The notes under the pieces: model-generated
Told to the model about the DNA's origin: nothing
Database searches by the model: none
What the model saw: only the letters and a program-made list of their open reading frames with translations
NCBI GenBank assembly: GCA_001600815.1
Contig: BCKZ01000008.1
Coordinates: 1,023,885 to 1,081,664, forward strand
Source of the DNA: Alloascoidea hylecoeti
Taxonomy: Eukaryota
DNA: 57,780 bases
Direction of reading: 5' to 3'
Translations under genes and position numbers: made by a program
Shown here: one piece after another, positions 1 through 11,418 of the stretch
Layout: each line of letters begins with the position of its first letter
Position numbering within the stretch: the stretch's first letter is position 1

Positions 1-248
1 TTTTAGAACCTAAGTTGAAAGGGAAACTTTATAATTCGATTGAAAAAGTTTTCATTTCTTGGGAAGCAGTTTTATCCTTTTGGCCACATGGATTTCCAAA
101 AGCTAGAAGTGGAGAATTAAAAGTATCAAGAGAGCTGCGATGGTTTAAAGCTGAAAGAGTTATTTATGATTATAAAGAAATAGAAGACGAATTTATACAA
201 GATATGCAACCCACATTTGGTGGGATTAATGAGAACTCAAAGATCTAG
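1..248 (+). CDS. 3' end of a gene truncated by the window edge; product not recognised
   Basis: Frame is open from position 3 (LEPKLKGKLYN...) to TAG at 246-248. The listed start at 15 is TTG, so the true start is probably upstream of the window. Confidence 0.55.
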   Translation, partial: LEPKLKGKLYNSIEKVFISWEAVLSFWPHGFPKARSGELKVSRELRWFKAERVIYDYKEIEDEFIQDMQPTFGGINENSKI

Positions 249-306
249 TTAGCTTGAGATGTATATATGATAACATAAATATATTTATTAGGGCTATTTA
301 AATTAT

Positions 307-481
307 TACCATTTTTAGCAACAGATCTGCTATAATTTTTCAAATCATCATTGTTCGTACGTATGATCAATCTATGGTGTTAATTAACCCATTTTCAATG
401 TAGTCAACTTTCAGTGCTTACAGTACCAATATTTAATAGTTGCAATTGAAATCAAGAAAACTGAATTTTGTATGGCAATTG
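307..481 (-). pseudogene. Decayed duplicate of an internal fragment of the neighbouring DAHP-synthase-like gene
   Basis: Aligns with 1404-1574: taccatttttagcaacagat is identical; actttcagtgcttacagtaccaata vs actttcagtacttgcagtaccaata; both end in gcaattg. Indels are present. Confidence 0.8.
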
Positions 482-483
482 GG

Positions 484-664
484 ATATTATTTTACTTAAT
501 TTAGGCCATTCGGATTACTAATTATCGGCTATTCCCATAATTAATTTTAGACCACCTTATGGCACATTCATATGCAGTCCCATTGCAGGATATGGAACAA
601 CTCCAGGAGCCAAATTCGGCCAAAACTAGGTTAATTGGAATGGCCTAAAATAAGTAGAACGAGT
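484..664. mobile_element. MITE-like element with terminal inverted repeats
   Basis: tacttaatttaggccattc (493-511) and gaatggcctaaaataagta (638-656) are an 18/19 inverted match. The core resembles other copies at 7072, 11172 and 43667. Confidence 0.55.
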
Positions 665-993
665 CCATTTAAATCCAATTGGTAAACTTTTAAAAGATCA
701 TGTTAGAGGAGAAACTTTATGTAGATCCATTGAAAGTTTTCATTGGTTGGGAAAATATCATATAGGTATGCCATTCGGAGATTCAGAATCCTGAAATTAT
801 ACTACTACAATAAAAGCGGTATACATGTAAAGCTAAAAGAGTTAGTGAATAGGGGTAGAGAAATAATAGATATAAGAATATATCTCATTGAAAATTTAAA
901 GATCTAGTAAGCTAGAGATATAGTATTGCATAAATTAAAACAAAAATCTATTTTTTTAAAGTCACATATATATATATAAAATCATTACTTTTT

Positions 994-2121
994 TCAATTC
1001 CATTTTTCAATAGCACCATTTAAAGATGTTAAGATTTCAGTTGTTTGATTCCAATTTATACCATTTCTTGATAAACTTTCACCAGATTCAATTAATAAAC
1101 CTAAGACATTTTGATTTTTTAATTTATTATTATTAATATTTTCAATTAAATTATTAATTATTGATTTAATATGATTATAATTTGAACCACCACAATTAAT
1201 CATAACTCTTTTACCAGGGAATTTTTCATCATTTATAATATTATCATATTTTAAATTAATATCATTTTCATTTTTATTTTCTAAATTTAAATTTGATTCA
1301 TCAATAATAATAAAAGAATCTTCATTACCTGTTGTTCCAATAACAGCAGTTGTACCATATTTAGTAACAGATAAGAAATAATGTTCACTATTAATACTTT
1401 CCATACCATTTTTAGCAACAGATATACTATAATTTTTTAAATCACCATCTTTAGTATGAAAACCAATTGGATATGATAATCCACTTGCTAATTCTCGATG
1501 TAATTGACTTTCAGTACTTGCAGTACCAATAGTTGTAAGTGAAATTAAATCAGATAAATATTGTGGAGCAATTGTATCAACTAATTCACCACCAATTGGT
1601 ATATGTTGGGTTAATTCAAGTAATAGAGATCTTGCTATTGTCATTCCGGTATTTATTGTATATAAGCCATTTATAAAAGGATCGGAGATTAAACCTTTCC
1701 ATTCATTTTTACTAGTTACATTTCCATTTCCATTCTCAGTTATATTATTGTTATTGCTATATTGTGAAGGACGTTGATGTAAATTTGTCCTCATTATTAA
1801 TATTAAATTTGGACATAATAATTGTAAAGATGATAATTTTTTAGAAAAATCAATTGCTAAATCTTTTGAAAAAATAGCATCAGGTCCAACAACAATAACC
1901 ATTTTTTGAGATAACCCATGTAATGATTTAATTATTTCATTTCTTGAGCTTTGAATTATATCATAAGATTTTTTAGAAACTGGGAATTGAAATTGAAGAG
2001 TTTCTGGTGACGCGATGGGTTGTGAAGATGCCGGTTCCTTTTTTTCATAATATAAAGAATTTGGATCTGAAGAGATTGGAAATAAGGGGTTTAAAGTGGT
2101 ATCGTTGGGAGGAATGGACAT
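994..2121 (-). CDS. Class I DAHP synthase (Aro3/Aro4)-like protein with degenerate active site
   Basis: Retains WKGLISDP, ESQLHRELASGLSYPIGF, HYFLSVTKYG and TTGNEDSF. Lacks GPCS Cys, KPRT, GART Arg, GFKN Lys, LRGG, DxSH His and TDAC Asp. Confidence 0.85.
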   Translation of the reverse strand: MSIPPNDTTLNPLFPISSDPNSLYYEKKEPASSQPIASPETLQFQFPVSKKSYDIIQSSRNEIIKSLHGLSQKMVIVVGPDAIFSKDLAIDFSKKLSSLQLLCPNLILIMRTNLHQRPSQYSNNNNITENGNGNVTSKNEWKGLISDPFINGLYTINTGMTIARSLLLELTQHIPIGGELVDTIAPQYLSDLISLTTIGTASTESQLHRELASGLSYPIGFHTKDGDLKNYSISVAKNGMESINSEHYFLSVTKYGTTAVIGTTGNEDSFIIIDESNLNLENKNENDINLKYDNIINDEKFPGKRVMINCGGSNYNHIKSIINNLIENINNNKLKNQNVLGLLIESGESLSRNGINWNQTTEILTSLNGAIEKWN

Positions 2122-2260
2122 TTTGATTTAGTTAATGATGAGAATGGGATCAAATAAGTCAGAAGAGGAGAAAAAAATTGAAAAATGGAAGTTTAATTTT
2201 TTTGTATATTTTACAATGCTTGGATGACTAATCTTATAGTTGATTCACTACACCATCGCA

Positions 2261-2768
2261 ATGCAACAACGAACGACGAGCAAACTGATTCGTATGTTTC
2301 CACAGGAGAATATTGGCAGGATGTGGATATTAACATTGGCACAGAGAAAGTGGATACGATAGTCGAACAACTTCTGTCTCGCTACACAAATATCATCGAC
2401 CTGTCTTCCGTAAGCAACCTCAGTGTATTTGCAATACGACAACTATACAACGACACAAGGAACTAATACTAATTAATGATTTGCAACAGGTTTCCGGAAA
2501 ACCGCAAAGCCGACAGGCCGCCGAGACGTATCAAATGGAGGTCAACGTTCAAATGATTATAAAACTGGCGGAAGAATTGCTGGTCATCACGCGGATTTTG
2601 AAGGAGACGTGGGTTCTGGGCCAGACTCAGAGCACCCAGACAGCCAACACAGGTAATCCTGCGCCCGACCCCACGGACCCCACGGACCCCACGAGGGTCG
2701 CCCAGAATTTGGACCGGTTGCTGGCCGTTCTGGGCACAGACAGTCACGTGGCCGAGGGCTACAGATAG
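2261..2768 (+). CDS. SRB6: Mediator subunit Med22 (Srb6); exons 2261-2291, 2345-2409, 2490-2768
   Basis: Intron 1 is 2292-2344 (GTATGT...TATTAAC...CAG); intron 2 is 2410-2489 (GTAAGC...TACTAAT...CAG). Splicing is in frame and gives MQQRTTSKLIQKVDTIVEQLLSRYTNIIDLSSVSGK...QMIIKLAEELLVITRILKETWVLGQ, matching the Med22 pattern. Confidence 0.85.
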
Positions 2769-2952
2769 GCAGAATGGATGTTATTTGTTTACTTTTGGCG
2801 TTGCCGCGCCAACTCTTGCGTGCGTAGACACCCGTGCACCCTCCTTCGTAATCACCACTTTTGTAGAAAAAAGATTCCACACAAATATAAAATATAATAG
2901 ATATATATAAAAATCCTTTGGCTCCATACTTTTTTCACAGGAGAGAAAGAGA

Positions 2953-5598
2953 ATGCCCAGGACTAAGAAATCCGTGCCCGCAATTACCAAAATACGGAAA
3001 AGTCCTCGATTGTCGCGTAAATCAAAATCAATTTTAAACTCACCACCAACAAATAATAATCAAAAACAAAAAGAAGATACTAAAAATAATAATAATATGA
3101 AATCTTTGAGAACTAGAAAATTACCTGTTTTAGATTTCAATGATGATTTCGAAGAAGATGATGGTTTTGCTTTTAAAAGAGTTTCCAAAAATAAATCTAC
3201 AACAAATAATTTAATTAACAATAATCTAGATTCAACTTCTATAAAGATCAATACAAGAACAACACGATCTACGAAAAAAAATAATACTACTGCTAAATCA
3301 AATATAGTCCCTTCTAAATCTACACGGAGTAAAATCAATAAAAGAACGCGAAATCTCGATGATGTTGATAAAGGGGTTAATGAGGTTGACACAGATCTAT
3401 TACAAAACGGTAATTCTATAAACGGGAATGGAATCGTAGATGATACAGAAAGTTTGGAACCTCCTCGGAAAAGGGGAAGAGTTTCTAGAAAAAAGCCCAC
3501 AACTGAAACGTCCACTACTACTACTACTACTGCTGACGTTGATGTTACTACGAAACCAACAAAGACAACAAAAGCGAAAGCTAAGAAAGCTACAACAAAG
3601 GCCAAACCAGCTAAATCAACCAAATCAACCAAAGCAACTAAAGCAACCAAATCTACAAAATCAACTAAACCAACTCGTACAACCCGAACAACGCGAACGA
3701 CTAGATCTAAAAAATCTCAAGAGGTAGATGTGGAGGATGAAAATGAACATGAGAATGAAAATGGAAATCAATCAAAGGAAAAAGAAAATCTTAAATTAAC
3801 AAATGGTTCTTCTGTCTTAATGAATGCAATATCTTTAAAATTACCACAACTTCCATCTCCTCCAACACCCCCAAATTCATCTCCAATTGCTGAACCTATC
3901 CATATAAATCTACCCACTCAAGATAACAATAACAATAACAATACTAAGAAATTAAAAACGAGGAGAGGTAGGGTGTCGAAAAAGCAAAAGGTAAATCAGC
4001 CAATTCAAGAAGTTAAAAAGCATCATACAAGACAAAATGATTTAATTCAGTCGCAACCACAAGAAGAACAACAGCAAAAATTTCAATTAAATTTATTAAC
4101 TCCTAAGGTTCCACATATAGAATTAGCAATGGATATTGAAGATGAAAATGATATTGAAGAAAGTCCACTTGTTACTAAAGCTAAAAAGGATAAAGTTACT
4201 AAAAAATCTGCTGTTACTACTAAAATTCCAAAAAATAAAACAAAAACAAAAACAAAGCAAAGTAAAGAAAAAATTATAAATGATGATGAATATAATTTAA
4301 TTGATGATATGGAACCACTATCGGATTCAGAACCTCAGCAAGAACCAATACAACATGAACAAAAATCAGAAACAGACAATGAAAATGAAAGTGAAAATGA
4401 ATATAAATATCATTCACGACCATCCGAAGGAATCAAAATTGCTTTACCATTTTCCGATACACCAATAATTCGTCGAAATAAACAATTAAGAAATGAAGCA
4501 AAAGGTCCTAGACGATCATCATTAGGCCGTAGGGGTAAAAGAGCAAGTTCAATTGGTAATGGATTCGTTGCAATACCACATGAATCAATCCCTGATAAAG
4601 AATTTTATAAACATTTAGATGTTGATTTACCAGAACCTCATAGAATGAGACAATTGGCTGTTTGGTGTTGCAGACGAGTATTAGATTCTTTTATAATTCA
4701 ACAAAAAAAATTAAAAAGACAACAACAAAAATTAATTAGAACTCATTCAAATTCTGTTCAAAAGGCAACTTTATTATCTGATGATATATCAGCAATGGAA
4801 ATTGCAAAAGTTATTAGAGAAGAATTATTAAGAGAAGTTAGTGATGGTAAAATAAATACAAGTTGGTGGGGTAGAGATAAAGATAAAGAAAGTAATACTA
4901 ATGAATCTGGTATTAATGAAAATGAAATTAAAATTAAAATGTTACCAAATTCACAAAATTTAAAAAATCAAGAAAATTTAATTGTTTTTGAACATAGATT
5001 AAAACAATTAGAAAATGAAAAAAAATTATGGGATGATAGATTAAAAGAAATTAAAGATTCAAATAAGAATTTATTTATAGACAAATTATCAAAATTATCA
5101 TTAATAGATTCAGAACAATCAACATCATCATCAGCATCAACATCGGCATCAGCATCAACTTCAACAAATCCAATACCGAATCAATTTAAATCAATTACAA
5201 ATGAATCAATAATTAATACATTAATAACACAAGAATCATTAATTTCACAAAAAACAAAACAATTAGAATATAATTTAGATAAATTAAATCATTCAACTCA
5301 TTTAATTGATTCAATTGATAAAATATCAAATGATTTTGTTGATAAAAAAATGAAATATATTTCTTCAATTTTTAATAATCAAAAAATTGATGATGAAAAT
5401 TTAAAACTTTTCAATTCAAAATCAAATCAAGAAGATAATGAAAATGATAATAAAATTGAACAACAAAAAAAAACACAAACACAAAAACAAAAACAAAAAG
5501 GGAATGATAATGGGAAAAATAAAGCAAAAATAATTGGTTCAAGTGATGAATTTCGAGATGTATTACGGGCTATATCACGAGTTGATAAAGCAACATAA
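2953..5598 (+). CDS. DSN1: Kinetochore MIND/Mis12-complex subunit Dsn1/Mis13
   Basis: TPIIRRNK, RRSSLGRRGKRASS (Aurora B sites) and PHESIPDKEFYKHLDVDLPEPHRMRQLAVWC, followed by a C-terminal coiled coil. Confidence 0.88.
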   Translation: MPRTKKSVPAITKIRKSPRLSRKSKSILNSPPTNNNQKQKEDTKNNNNMKSLRTRKLPVLDFNDDFEEDDGFAFKRVSKNKSTTNNLINNNLDSTSIKINTRTTRSTKKNNTTAKSNIVPSKSTRSKINKRTRNLDDVDKGVNEVDTDLLQNGNSINGNGIVDDTESLEPPRKRGRVSRKKPTTETSTTTTTTADVDVTTKPTKTTKAKAKKATTKAKPAKSTKSTKATKATKSTKSTKPTRTTRTTRTTRSKKSQEVDVEDENEHENENGNQSKEKENLKLTNGSSVLMNAISLKLPQLPSPPTPPNSSPIAEPIHINLPTQDNNNNNNTKKLKTRRGRVSKKQKVNQPIQEVKKHHTRQNDLIQSQPQEEQQQKFQLNLLTPKVPHIELAMDIEDENDIEESPLVTKAKKDKVTKKSAVTTKIPKNKTKTKTKQSKEKIINDDEYNLIDDMEPLSDSEPQQEPIQHEQKSETDNENESENEYKYHSRPSEGIKIALPFSDTPIIRRNKQLRNEAKGPRRSSLGRRGKRASSIGNGFVAIPHESIPDKEFYKHLDVDLPEPHRMRQLAVWCCRRVLDSFIIQQKKLKRQQQKLIRTHSNSVQKATLLSDDISAMEIAKVIREELLREVSDGKINTSWWGRDKDKESNTNESGINENEIKIKMLPNSQNLKNQENLIVFEHRLKQLENEKKLWDDRLKEIKDSNKNLFIDKLSKLSLIDSEQSTSSSASTSASASTSTNPIPNQFKSITNESIINTLITQESLISQKTKQLEYNLDKLNHSTHLIDSIDKISNDFVDKKMKYISSIFNNQKIDDENLKLFNSKSNQEDNENDNKIEQQKKTQTQKQKQKGNDNGKNKAKIIGSSDEFRDVLRAISRVDKAT

Positions 5599-5690
5599 AA
5601 ACCATGATATAGAATAATGTAATATATCTTTTCACATTTAAACATTCGTTACAATTACAATTTCAATTTCAACTTTCATTTTAGTTATGA

Positions 5691-5778
5691 TTTTGTTTTG
5701 TTTTGTTTTGTTCTGTTTTGTTTTGTTTTGTTTTGTTTTGTTTTGTTTTGTTTTGTTTTGTTTTGTTTTGTTTTGTTG
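5691..5778. repeat. (TTTTG)n microsatellite, ~17 units
   Basis: Directly visible pentanucleotide run with one TTCTG variant. Confidence 0.97.
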
Positions 5779-7496
5779 CTTTGTTTTTGTCTTCTATTTC
5801 ATCAATTTAATCGTTTAATGTCCAATTATCATATAAAATCTTTATGTTTTGTTTGTATTGATTATGTTTCTTTGTATTCTTATGTCTCGTTATGAATTAT
5901 ATATATTGTTAATATTTTATCAATTTTGTTATTTCTAGAGAAAGGTTACTTCTTATTACTTATATATATTGATTATAAATATATAATGGTTCTAATAACA
6001 TTTTATTTTTTATAACCTTCATATGATATTATATGAAGGTTTGGTCATTTTAAATTTACTTAATTTTCGAATTCTATCGTATGAGTTGTGAAGGAATTTC
6101 CAGTACTGGCTAGGTAACTATATATGGAAAGTGGTATCACCATAGCCTATAGTTTTATAAGATGATGGCTTCTTATAGTTATAGATATAGCTTTCAATAT
6201 TATATTTAGACAGGAAGTTTAAGTATTAGATTCATCATAGTATTCCGGTTCCCGGCACAACTTTCCTTTTTGAAGACCTATGATTTTTATATATTAATAT
6301 CATCAAAACAATGTATCATATTATCAATTAAAATATATATATATTAACCACAATAAAATTTCTTTGTATGTTTATGGCTAAGTGGAATTTTATCAAGGCA
6401 AGTGTCACAGAGCAAAGCTATGACTATGTATGACTAAGAACAGGCGTGGACTATATCACACATCCCACTCTAACATAGAAAATCGAGTGACGTACCTTCT
6501 TTAATTCTTTCATGTAAAGTATTACTTTTATTAACTTACCAGTCTGCTTGTTATAGAAACTTGATAAGCCCAGACGATGATCTCTTTTTAAATATTAATA
6601 TCCCTAGTTTTAACGAGCTTTCTTCTTTCATTCCTGTGACATCGCCAATGTCCAGAAGAAAAAAGAAAGGCATGTTAATTTCAGGTAAAATATTAATCAT
6701 AGTCTCTGATAGTTTATAATTACTGCGGTGTTGCTAATCGATATACAAATCTCTGGTTTTAAAATGGTTAGCATTTTATTATTATCCTTAGATAATAAGA
6801 TACTAAGGAGTAGGTGAGATATATATTTAAAGAACATGTATTTAGATGAATGAATATACAAATTAGTAGAAAAAAAAGAAAATTAATTAATAGGGAAGGT
6901 ATAACCGGGAATCAAAGATTACCGCATGTCTTATTCAACAATTGCTATCCGCCTATAGTCACCCTCTCACAGATACACGTGTATCTCCATTCTAAAATAA
7001 ATATTATCATCATTAGATAGTGAGTTTTTGTTATTAATTTTTGTTATTTGGCTATAACTTATAAGATGATGCAGTGATTCCACTTAGTTTTGGTCATGTT
7101 TGAGCTAAATATACTTGGATGAGGTATATGCCATAGACTTTTAACTCCAATCGGTATGCAAATTCATAACTAGCGCTAGTATATTCTAAGGTTATAGCTA
7201 AGCTTATAATTAAAACATATTGTTTTATTAGTTGATATATCCATATATTCATTAACATTAATTGAAAAAGCAGAAAAATAAAGGCTATATAAGAGCAATA
7301 TATAGCAAATGACAATAATAAAGAGCATAAATATTAATATAACAAAAAAAAAAATTGATAGCACGATTGGATATTTCGGTTAAAATGGCTTGTTTTTCTG
7401 AAGCTTCAAGAAGTACCCAAAAAATTGTCGTGGAGAGAGAAAATTAAAAGCGTATAATAATCAACAATTTAAATTCAGAACAAACCTGTACCTCAT

Positions 7497-9113
7497 TTAA
7501 ACATTTAACGGCAGATCTTCAATGTGTTCTATGCTGCTCTTCCGTTCTGCCATCTTTTCATTAATAAAATCAATTTGATCTTGCGTAGCAGCATCTCCAA
7601 AAACGTGTGCAACCTCTTCTAAACTATATCCTCTTGTTTCTGGGAACAGAAAATATGCGACAACTATTTCAAAAGCTAAAAAACAAGTCCATACAATGTA
7701 ATACCTCCATTCAATAGCATCCATTGCAATTGGATTAATAAATCCATTAAATACTGAGGTTAGTTGATTCATTGAAAAGAAAATTAGAACCCCTTTAGAT
7801 CTAAGATTATATGGCAAGCATTCTGTAAGATATAGATATGGTAATCCACAAAGCCCAATATCATAGGCAGCATAATATAAGAAGATCATAGCAAGTACAC
7901 CATTAGCCAAAGATTTGTCTTTGAAGTCTCTTTGTTGGTTTATTGCAGAAAGAGCAGTCCAAACAATGTAACAACACATCATCGAAGACAAACAAGTTAA
8001 AAACATTCTTCTCCTATTAACTTTGCTTACAAAAGTAATCGCAACCCAAGCAATAATCATGTTATATAACATCAAAATAGCATTTATAATTAATTGTTTT
8101 TTACTTGAAGTTATACCAATTGATATTAATACTTTGACTAAGTAATAACTGACTAGTGAATTTCCGGAGAATTGCATCATAATAGGAACAGTAAATGCAA
8201 TCAAAAATCTATGAAAATTAGCTTTGGTTTGAAAAAATGTCTTGAATTTGGCTTGTTTTTGTAACTTTTCTATTTCAATTGCTTGTTTTATTTCGCCTAG
8301 TTCAAACTCTATAAGTGCAAGAGATTGTTCTGATTGATCATTACCAGTATGGTACTCCATCAAAACCTTTTTTGCATCAGCGATTCTTCCTTGAGCAACA
8401 TAATAACGAGGAGATTCAGGGATTAAATGAGTAAAGAGAAGCTGAATGAGGCATGGTAATCCTTGTATTAATGATGGGATTCTCCAAGCCCAAGATGAGC
8501 TATGCATGAAGTAAGTACCAAATGTCACCCATGCTGCTATAGTCGCACCCAAGTACCATAAAGTATTAAACAAGGCTGTCATTATTTCACGTTGCCTTGG
8601 ATGAGCAGTTTCTGAAATAAGAGTCGGACTTCCAACACCGGAGGTACAAGCTCCAGCACCAATAACAAGTCTACCAACTAAGAAGCATGCATATCCATTA
8701 GCTGCTGTCTGTATTATGACTCCAATTAGCATTAGGCTAGCACCAACATATATACAGATCTTTCTACCATATTTATCAGATAACCATGGTGAAAACCAAC
8801 AAGTAAATATAAAACCAAGAACAAGCCCGTTTGCTAAAGCTCCCAGAACCGCACCTGTTGGATCACCCATAGTATGCATGAATACTGTCAAAGATTGTAA
8901 ACCATTCAACAAAGAACCATCATAACCCGAAGTAGCAGACGTAAGCATGGGGATAGAAAGAGCACAGTTAAGTCTTAAAAGGTGCTTATATTTATACCAA
9001 GGTTTTTCCAAAGGGGTTAAGAGGTCTTTGAAAGCTTTGTCTTTTTGAAGCACCGCAGCTTTGTTATCATTATTAGTTTTAGGATCATTTGAAGACCCGT
9101 TTTCGGAACTCAT
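7497..9113 (-). CDS. MFS sugar porter, Lac12/cellodextrin-transporter-like
   Basis: GYDGSLLNGLQ, SDKYGRK, ISETAHPRQR, WRIPSLIQ, IPESPRY, QFSGNSLVSYY and PETRGYSLEE; 12-TM hydrophobic pattern. Confidence 0.92.
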   Translation of the reverse strand: MSSENGSSNDPKTNNDNKAAVLQKDKAFKDLLTPLEKPWYKYKHLLRLNCALSIPMLTSATSGYDGSLLNGLQSLTVFMHTMGDPTGAVLGALANGLVLGFIFTCWFSPWLSDKYGRKICIYVGASLMLIGVIIQTAANGYACFLVGRLVIGAGACTSGVGSPTLISETAHPRQREIMTALFNTLWYLGATIAAWVTFGTYFMHSSSWAWRIPSLIQGLPCLIQLLFTHLIPESPRYYVAQGRIADAKKVLMEYHTGNDQSEQSLALIEFELGEIKQAIEIEKLQKQAKFKTFFQTKANFHRFLIAFTVPIMMQFSGNSLVSYYLVKVLISIGITSSKKQLIINAILMLYNMIIAWVAITFVSKVNRRRMFLTCLSSMMCCYIVWTALSAINQQRDFKDKSLANGVLAMIFLYYAAYDIGLCGLPYLYLTECLPYNLRSKGVLIFFSMNQLTSVFNGFINPIAMDAIEWRYYIVWTCFLAFEIVVAYFLFPETRGYSLEEVAHVFGDAATQDQIDFINEKMAERKSSIEHIEDLPLNV

Positions 9114-11171
9114 TATCGTTTAAATTAGATATATATTATTGTTGAAAGATGTTTTATACCAGTTAAATGAGAATTGATATATTTAGTAGACTTGGTGTTT
9201 ATATGTGTACCTTATATATGAAATAACGTAAGTATTGAAGAATGATAAGTTTTGATAATATCACAGCAGCCTTGTGTTGCTCCGCGTAAAATAATTGCTA
9301 TTATGTATAAGGCAGCTAATTAAGCATATGCATATCTGCATATGTATTTGAGAATCAGGGAAATTGGAATAAATATTACGGCGCTAAGGTTTTATAAATA
9401 TATTAACATAATTATAACAAGAGATAATTGGTTATTTTGCTTGTGCTGATATCTAGATATTGAGACCGGATAAATAAAACCACTAGAATACAAGCTTAAG
9501 TTGTATATGATTGCATGCAAACTTTTCAGTGGAATATAAAATGTGGGGTAATATATGCAGCTGGGTATACTTCTCGATCCAGTAATCAACTATATTATTA
9601 CTGTCGGCGTCATGATCTTTTCTCTATACAGCTGGAAATTTTATATAACTATAGCTAGACTCTGAGACAGATAAAACTTCTCTCTGGATTAACCCTATGA
9701 ATCTATGATCATGATCGGAAATAAGCCTGAACTTCTGCAAATTAATAAAATGTATGCTTATATTTAAATATATTCATCAATTTTGAATTTCAATGATTGA
9801 TATTCGAATTCGGTCATATAACTCGGAAAATTAACATATATTGTAATGTTTCAAGTTTCCCCAGATTCTCCACAAATTTTCCGTTTGCTCGTAAGCTGCG
9901 ACGATGACCTTATACATCTGCAGTTTTGCCAAGACTGATCATGGTTACTACGGACATAGGATATAATATTCATATCGGTAGATTCAAGCTGGAGTCATAC
10001 ATAGTTGGTATACTCAATTTAATACATCTTTATCAGCTGGCAACAAAACTCTTAAACTTATATATGAGATGACTTGACTTTCTTGATAGACTGGCAATCA
10101 GAGAAGAATTGCTAAATTCTACTTGATCGATGCCATCACATTATTGCCGTTGAAACCATTGTAGTAGTCACAAATTTTCAAACATCGCAACAACTGCAGA
10201 GACCCTGATTGTGCTGATTAACTGCGGAAACAGAAGAACTATATATTGATATATGAACAATATGCAAATGTAGTACTAATTATAAACATGCAACATAGAT
10301 GATTCTAACCTCTAATCCGAAATAAAATAGATTAAGTTCCTACATGTACGCTTAGTCCATTAAAATTTGCATATTTCTCACTCCGATCCAATGGAATCAT
10401 AACATTAAAATCGCCTCAATCGTTGTGTGTTCAAACAGGTCCACTTGTTTAGCTATAATTAGTATTACGTGTGGTCCATGATTGCTTTGAAAGTCCTCAT
10501 CCTTTAACGCACTAAGAACGAAGGGTTATAAAAACTACTGATTTATTATCTTGAAGTCTCTGCAAATAGGGGCCACGGATTATTTGGATGGGGAGATACA
10601 CTTAATATTCGGTAAACACAGAAATAATTGAACGGTAGAAATTTCAATAATTCAATGGTCAACCATCGCAGCGCATTCCGAACCTTTTCCCCGGTATATA
10701 TTTACTTGCATTCAAACAAGCGTGGAATCCGATGCGATATTGATCCATGGCTATTATGCATAGTTAACCACTATATTGCAAATCTGTTCGGGTGTCTTGG
10801 AATTGTAGCCTAGTTTAGGAGCCTTTTTGGAACGTTTCATTTGACTTGGCCACCGAATTTCCGTCTCATATATGATTTCTTGTTGGACCTGAATATAAGG
10901 AAAACCCAAGTAATTACTGTTGATATCGCAATGTATTTTGGAAATAGAGTGCTTTGTAATTGGATATATATATTTATCCAATTTGAAGATTAGTGACTAA
11001 TTCTACCAATAGCATTGAAAAAGAGACATTTTAAATTTAATAGAGGTTATAATTATAATTATTAGATGTAAATATATTAGACTCTATCATTATATTATAA
11101 GTTTATCATAGTAATCGATGAATCAACTTCACGGCTAAGTATAAGATTACCGTATACGTACACTTAGGTTG

Positions 11172-11418
11172 TAGTGTTTCCGCTTAATTTAGACCATATA
11201 GCACATTGATATTAAGCCATAATGTGTACTTTAATGTTATACGATACGCCATAGTATACGGCCACCTGATGTATTAATATTCGACGACATGATAAAATAA
11301 TTATCGGCCACTTTTACGCTCACTTGATTGACCAAATATTCGATCATCCTGCTTGAAAATTTAGTCAATTACATGGTAGAATATTTGACTCAATAGGTCA
11401 AAATTAAGTGGGATGGAG
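11172..11418. mobile_element. MITE-like element (same family as 43667-43811)
   Basis: Left end tagtgtttccgcttaatttagacca; right end ggtcaaaattaagtgggatgg (inverted). Internal aattatcggc is shared with the 484-664 copy. Confidence 0.5.

Noticed and set aside
2224..2466. 80-aa ORF, and the 95-aa ORF at 2481-2768, as separate genes
   Set aside because: Both are pieces of the spliced MED22 gene.
3060..3650. 196-aa hydrophobic antisense ORF
   Set aside because: Shadow of the K/T-rich repeats of DSN1.
5698..5895. FCFVL-repeat ORF
   Set aside because: Translation of the (TTTTG)n microsatellite.
9900..10980. Short ORFs and coding-like fragments upstream of the sugar transporter
   Set aside because: No recognisable family in any frame; more likely promoter or decayed DNA.
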